A stretch of 64,000 nucleotides of DNA. Origin: the human T2T-CHM13v2.0 reference genome, Homo sapiens. The position numbers were made by a program, and so were the translations under genes. The notes under the pieces were generated by a model. It worked only from the letters and a program-made list of their open reading frames with translations. It searched no databases and was not told where the DNA came from. How positions within the stretch are numbered: the first letter of the stretch is position 1; the number at the start of each line of letters is the position of its first letter. The stretch is from NCBI RefSeq assembly GCF_009914755.1, contig NC_060940.1, one strand, 5' to 3'. Of this stretch, positions 56,830 to 64,000 are shown piece after piece.

Positions 56830-58560
56830 AGTGTTATCAGCAGAACACACATTCTTTTCAAGTCCACGAGGAAAATTCACCAAAACAGACATGCTGAGCC
56901 ATAAAACTAGTCTCAATAAATATCTTAAGATTGAAATTATGCAGAGCATATTCTCTGACCATAAAAGTGTTATATTAAAAATCAATTATGAGTAGCTATC
57001 AAGAATATACCCTCAAATATTTGGAATTTGAACAGTATACTTTTAAATAACAAATGACCAAAGAAGAAATCACAAGATGAGAAAATAATAGAAACATAGT
57101 ACTTCAAAACTGTGGGATACAGCCTAACCAGTGCTTACAGGGAAATTTTTAGTTTAACTGCTTTTTTATAAAAAAATTTTTTAAAAAGAAAGGTAAACCA
57201 TCATTCTCAGCAAACTATCGCAAGGACAAAAAACCAAACACCGCATGTTCTCACTCATAGGTGGGAATTGAACAATGAGAACACTTGGACACAGGAAGGA
57301 GAACATCACACACTGGGGCCTGCTGTGGGGTGGGGGAGGGGGGAGGGATAGCATTAGGAGATATACCTAATGTAAATGACAAGTTAATGGGTACAGCACA
57401 CCAACATGGCGCATGTATACATATGTAACAAACCTGCATGTTGTGCACATGTACCCTAGAACTTAAAGTATAATAATAAAAAAAAGAAAGGTATAACGTC
57501 AATAATCTAAGCTCCATCTTGAGAAACTAAAACAAAATAGAGAAAATTGAATGCACAGTAAGTAAGAGGAAGGAAAGAATAAAAATTAGAATGGAAATCA
57601 ATGAAATAGAAAACAGACAAATTAGTAGAAAAAATAAATAAATCAAAGTTGGTTCTTTAAAATAATTAATTAAGTTGATAAACCCCTAGCAAAACTAATC
57701 AATAAAAGAAATAGAAGTTACCAATATCAGGAATGTGACTATAGATTCTAAAGATATTAAAATGATAAGCTTTCAATAAATTTAACAACTTACATGAAAT
57801 GAAAAATTCCTTGACAAGTACATATTACCAAAATTTACATGAAAAGAAATTGACAATCTAAATAACCCGGTATCTATTTAAAAACTGAATTTAAAATCAA
57901 AAACTTCACTATAAAATCTTCCGAACCAGATAGCTTCACTGGTGAATTCCACCAAATGTTTAAAGAAGATGTAATATCAATCCTATATAAACTCTTTCAG
58001 AAAATAGAGAAGACGAGAATACTTATCAACTTGTTTTACATAGCAGCACAGAAGCCTGACAAAGATATTATAATTAAAAATATATAGATCAGTATCCTTC
58101 ATGAACACAGGTTAAAAAAATGTTTAACAACATGTTAGCAAATTAAATTCAGCAATATATTAGAACAGTAATACACCATGACCAAGTAGGGTCTATCTCA
58201 TAAATTCAAGGTTGATTAACTTTTGAAAATCAATCAGTGTAATATGCCACATTCATAGAATAAGAAAAAGATCATACTATCATCTCAAGAGATGTTTAAA
58301 AAATCATTTGACAATATTCAACACCCCTTTATGATTAAACTTCAGCAAATTAGAAGTAAAAAAAGAACTATCTCAATCTGATGAAGGACATCTACAAAAC
58401 CCATGCCTATCATTGTACTTAATTGTGAAACAGTAACTCTCTTTCCCTGAGATCAGGAACAAGGCAACGGTGTCCACGCTTACCAAATCTTTTCAATATT
58501 GTACTAAAAGTTCTAGCCAGTGCAATAAGGAAAAAGACGCATAAAGATTGGAGAAGAAGA
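56830..58560 (+). mobile_element. Old L1M ORF2, interrupted by a short L1PA
   Basis: CAGCAGAACACACATTCTTTTCAAGT, GCTTCACTGGTGAATTCCACCAAA and GATCAGGAACAAGGCAA. Confidence 0.85.
57196..57480 (+). mobile_element. Short L1PA (PA4-PA6-like) 3' end
   Basis: TSD AAAAAGAAAGGTA; near-consensus 3' UTR with G-rich tract. Confidence 0.93.
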
Positions 58561-59104
58561 AATTAATATATTAAAGATTTATTGCAAGAAATGTATGAAA
58601 ATATAGATATGCAAGCATATATTTCTACCACCCAACCTACCACTGTTAATATTTTGTTATATAGCCTTCTTTCTTCTATAGCTTCTATAAATATATATGC
58701 TTTTTCCCCAAAAAAAGATCATAGATTTTGTAGCCTGCTTTTTCTACCTAATAACACATAGTGAACTCTTTCCCACGCCCTTAAATATTCTTAATAGCAT
58801 CATTTTTCATTGTTAAATAATATTTCATTGTATGAATATTGACTGTTCAATACACAATTTCATCAAATCCATGCAGTTAGACATTTAAATATTTCCAAAT
58901 GTTTAGTTACTATAAATGATGCAGCTTCAGTTACATAATAGCCAGATATTATTGTATTATATATCCATAACTATTTCTCTGATATAAATTCCAAGAAACT
59001 GAATTTCTGAATAACATTATAAGCACATTTTAAAGTTTTTAATTCCTATTGCCAGTTTCATAACAGGAAGTATATGTCAATTTTTATGTCCAGAAGCAAT
59101 GCAT

Positions 59105-59685
59105 GGATAGTAGACATCTTATGTGCTTCCCCAAAATCTTTTGTCTGTCTCTTGACAGCATCCCCGATTTTCTATGCAGGCATTTTCGCCTCTTCTATCC
59201 AGCACAACACTTTGAGGGAAGGTGGTCCCACTCTTGATCCCAGATGGGAGATGTAGCTCAAGACTTAGCTAAGTAATGTAACCACATGGATCGAGCTGTT
59301 GTTTCAGGGATGAGTATATGCCTCAAGTTGGGCCAAAAGGATCTAAAAAAGAAATTGGGATTCTGTCAAAGGAAACTGCTCCCCTTCTAAGAAAGCTTCC
59401 AGAATAACCCTCTCATTTACCCTGCAAGTAAGAAGCAGAGAGTCTCAGGAAATGTTGATAATCTATCTTCTGGTGACAGCAATGAGAAGCCAGTCTTAGG
59501 ATGAAGCCAACACTTTAGAAAGCAGAGAGGAGAAAGAAAAAGAAACTAGGTTCTAGATAGTATTGCTGAGTCCCTGAAACAAACCAATCCTCTGGAATTC
59601 AAATAACAAGAGCCAATAAATCTCATTTATTAAGTTATTCGAACTGGGCTTTCTATTACTTGTAACCAAATATATCCTCACACAA
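59105..59685 (+). mobile_element. Old MLT1 (I/J/K-like) LTR
   Basis: GATGAAGCCAACAC, GAGCCAATAAAT and TTTCTATTACTTGTAACCAAA. Confidence 0.6.
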
Positions 59686-60010
59686 TAGGAGAGTATCTAT
59701 ATTACTCTTCATAATTAATGACAATAATCTTTTTAAAATATTGTCATTTTATAGAAAGTTATTTGAATTTGCATTTCTTTGACTACTAGTGAGGTTAAAA
59801 ATGTTTTCAGAAATTTACTGGTTATATGCATTTCTTCTTCAGTATATTTTCTGCTAATATATTTTTTCAATTGATATGGTTATCTTCTTGATTTGTAAAA
59901 ACTTCATATATAGAATACTAGCACTTTGGCACATGTATTACAGTTATTTTATGAATTTATTTTTTGTCCTTGTTTTATATAGACAAAGCTACCAGTAATT
60001 TTCTTTCTAG

Positions 60011-60312
<302 letters not shown>

Positions 60313-61634
60313 TTTTCTTTCTAGTTTTATCTTTTAGTAATAAGCCTAGAAAGCCCTGCAGCACATTAAGATTACATAAATAATAATTACATTAATGGAA
60401 GGGTAAATAGTCACTGTTGAGCCCTGAAATAATGGCATATCAGTTAAAACAGAAGAAATATTTTAAAATCTAGATAAAAACAGAGATTAGCATCAAAAAG
60501 GAAAAGATCCAAGGCCTGGGGAAATAGACACTGGAAATCCAGGAGGTGAATAATAGCAGTTACACAAGGAGAAGAGTAAAACTGTAGAGGAGAGGCAATA
60601 ATTAAATAACATGAAAAACTGTCCCTGAGCTAAAGCCTACCGAGGGAAAAGGGTTGTGTAGTTTCAGGTAAGAGTAAGAAGAAACACACACTCAGGCATC
60701 CTGAAAAATTTCTGAACTCCAAGGATAAAAAGAAAATATGACAATTTTCAAGACAGTATGTGCAAGTTACAAATAAAGAAAAAAGAAATGAGGCTGACAT
60801 CAGACATTTCATCTGCAACACTGGAACCTAGATGATAATGGAATAATATTTTTAAGATTAGTGTGAGGGGGCAGAATGAACACCAAGATTTGGGGACCCA
60901 GTCAAAATATGAAAGAAAAACATTTGTAAACACGTAATAAGTCAGGGAAAATATCACCCAAGATACAATAGAACTTCTGATCATAAACTTGGATAAAGTA
61001 GTAAATTATCTCAGCAAAATGTAGGACAATGAGAGTAGAAGAGGAATGAGAAGAAATAAAATATTCCTTGTTGTTCCTTGAGAATGAGAAAAAAGGAGAA
61101 AGTAGAGAACTGAAAATGTTCTTAAGAGTTGAATTTATTGGGAGAATAGTGTCTTTTGCAGATATCTAGTTTTAATTTGAAATAATAATGATGAAAGTTA
61201 TCTATATAGTGTGTAATATGTACCACACGCTGTTGTATGTGCATTACATATATTGTCATTTAATCCTCATGAAAACTCTATGAGTAAAATTAAAAGAAAG
61301 CAATAAACATAAAGTGAGATGTACAGAATATAATTAAGCTAATTGAGTGTTGCACTAAGAGACAGACACTATCAAAATGCATTAAGAAACAATAATTAGT
61401 TATATGGTATATAATATTTATATTTTACATCTGAAAATAAATTAATACTACAAAGTATTTGAACTGGAAAGCTGTCAGACTAGTAGACTCAGCTGATCAG
61501 AGAGAGCAAAATCTAGTCTAGTCATAGCTGCACAACTTCAGAAAGGCTCAAGAGAGACACCACACAACTCTAAAGTTTGGGATTCAGGGCACTTGAAAGT
61601 TTGTATAAAGAGGAATTAAAATCCCTACCCCAAT

Positions 61635-61825
61635 TCAGCACAGCCAAGGTTTGAATCCCAGTTCCACTGTGTATCACCTGCATAATCTGAGACACATTGA
61701 CCTCTCTGAGTTCAATTTCTTCATCTGGGAAATGAAGATGATAGTGATACCTACTGCAACCTAATACAAGCAAAGCCATTAGAAGACAGTCTGCCACACA
61801 CAGTAAATTCTGAATAAAGTTTAGA
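61635..61825 (+). mobile_element. MIR
   Basis: GGTTTGAATCCCAGTTCCACT...ACCTCTCTGAGTTCAATTTCTTCATCTG. Confidence 0.75.
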
Positions 61826-61829
61826 TATT

Positions 61830-64000
61830 CATATGAGGTCCAGAAAGAAAAAATAGAGGGAAGGAAATTATCAAAGTTATGATATTTTAAAAAATTCATA
61901 ATTAAAGGACATGAGTTTCCAGCTGGTGTCCAATATAATGAATGTAAGGAGACTCCCTCCAGAGCACATAATCTGTTTTAAAAATGAAAAGATCTAAAAA
62001 CTCTCAAAGTGAAAAAATATGTCTCACACTAAGTATAAGAACTCAGAATAGCATTTGACCTCTCAACAGCAACTCCAAAAGCAACTGTGTCTCACAAAAA
62101 TTCTAAAAGAAAAATGAAAGGAGACTAAAGACATTTTCAAATGTGCAAGATCTCAAAAAAAATTACCTCCAATGTACCATTTCTCAGGAAGCTATGAGAT
62201 ATGACAAAACTGAAAGCTTAAAGCAAGGAAGAGGAAGACAGGATACAAAAATTAGGCGATCCAACACAAAGGATTGGTGACAGGAATTCACAGGATGGTG
62301 CTGAAGGAAGTCCCAGGTTGATGACTCTGCAACATGCTTGGAAAACAAGCAGTCCATAGTGAAGCACAATGATAGAAGGTTCCAGGAGAAATGTCTATGA
62401 GAAAATAAATATCATTGAGAAATTATCTGTAGCTTTTAATTACATTTCACAACTTGGCAAAGAATGTGAGGCTGAATTGGTAATACATATTAATATATAG
62501 AAAATAAAATGAGAAATACAAAACAATTACCAAATCCAGGAAAAACAAAAGGTTGAACATGCAAGATAATGTTTACATAGCACACAAAAAAAGATACAGT
62601 TGTATATGTTTCTGTCATCAGGATAATAACAACTCTGGTTATTGACTTAACCAAACATGACATCTCTATAATGAGAGGACAGAAGGAATAGAACTGTGTG
62701 TGTGGTTGTGAGAGGGGAAAGACATAAGAAAATTAAAACTCATCAACACTAATAGGAAGTCCATTGATAATGTCTAAAAATGAAAAAAATCACTCAATGC
62801 AGTATTTTTTCATTCTAAAATATCCAAGAAAATAACAGAGAAAACACCAAAAATTTTGAAAGTAATTGCCACCAGGGAATAGGACTTAGGACTAAGGGCA
62901 CCTGCAATATTATGTATCACAGGCCTTGTAATATTCTGCATTCATTACATGATATTATATACTTTGATTAAAATAAAATGTAAATTTAAAACAATAAAAC
63001 CAAATGATGGGATGATCAAAGAAATTCCAAACAGATAGAAAACAAAATAAAGCAAGAGTAGCAATATTAATCACAAAAAAAGAAAAATAAATTTAAGTAC
63101 TAAATAAAAAGGAAAATTATGTAATCAAAAGTTGAATTTTTTTAATGATTCAACATTTAATGATTCAACATTTATAGACCTGCGTGCATCAAACATATGG
63201 GAGGTAAATATACAAAGAAAAAAGTTTAACGCGAAGGTCATTTACAATCCAATTACAGGGACTTCCACTTTTAACAAAGATGGAGTAACAAGAACTAGAT
63301 ATACCCTCCTGCCAGAAACAAATAAATAATGGTCAAAATATACGAAAAACTGGACATTTGGCAGTGGAAAATGGTGATCCCTAGCAGATACAAAATGAAT
63401 AAAATGAACCCTAAGATTACCTCAGCTTACAGCCTTGAGAAAATTTCTAGGCCATGGCACAGGAAGGGGAAACTGAGCCAGCACCCAGAAAATGCCCTGA
63501 TGAGGAGACATAGAGCTCTATGTACAGTGAAAACATCTTTGAAAAACAAAAGTAAATAAAGACTTCCAGATATATAAAAGCTGGAAGAATGTATTACCTG
63601 TAAGACCTGCACTATAAGAAATGTTAAAAGAAGGCCTTCAGAAAAAAGGAAAATAATACCAGATGGAAACATGGATCTATATAAAGGAATGAAGATTACC
63701 AGAAATGATAACACATGGATAAATATGTAGATTTCTTCTTATTATTTAAATCTCTTTAAAAGATACTTGACTGTTTAAATAAAAATAACTACAATATAGT
63801 AAGGATTTGTAACATATGTAAAAGTTAAACATGACAATAGTAGCACAAGGGTCAGGGAGGGAGAAATGGAATATGCTGCTGAAGATTGTTAGACTACTCA
63901 TGAAATGATTTTATGTCACTTGAAAGTAAAGTAAACTGTGATAAATCAAAGATGTACCAAAATTAAAATGTGATCAATTAAAGATGTAAAAAAGCAAACC
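61830..64000 (+). mobile_element. Degraded L1M ORF1 / inter-ORF remnants (a similar piece lies at about 60480-61000)
   Basis: TTTGACCTCTCAACAGCAAC, TAAAGACATTTTCAAA, AGACCTGCACTATAAGAAATGTTAAAAGAAG and AATACCAGATGGAAAC. Confidence 0.65.

Overview
Primate genomic DNA, most likely human or great ape: it carries Alu J/S/Y copies, a young L1PA2-type insertion, and THE1, MLT2A and ERV1 solo LTRs. It reads as intronic or intergenic sequence dominated by interspersed repeats. I recognise no host protein-coding gene, and almost all listed ORFs are Alu, L1, LTR or simple-repeat translations. The only recognisable protein frame is the C-terminal part of L1 ORF2p (34061-34873), which lies inside an MLT2A LTR. 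I found no convincing novel biological system. The most notable structures are: (1) a sense-orientation L1 ORF2 fragment inserted beside the splice donor of an MLT2A1-type LTR; (2) three independent MLT2A solo LTRs within about 21 kb; (3) a ~2.15 kb AT-rich minisatellite with drifting units and a perfect 64-bp palindrome; (4) two apparent templated or repair-type insertions (a ~340-bp local duplication, and a ~0.87-kb segment splitting an old L1); (5) a U6 retrocopy lacking its catalytic core; (6) a few well-formed candidate small exons and repeat-free, enhancer-like blocks. Repeat subfamily names come from recalled consensus sequences and need RepeatMasker/Dfam confirmation.
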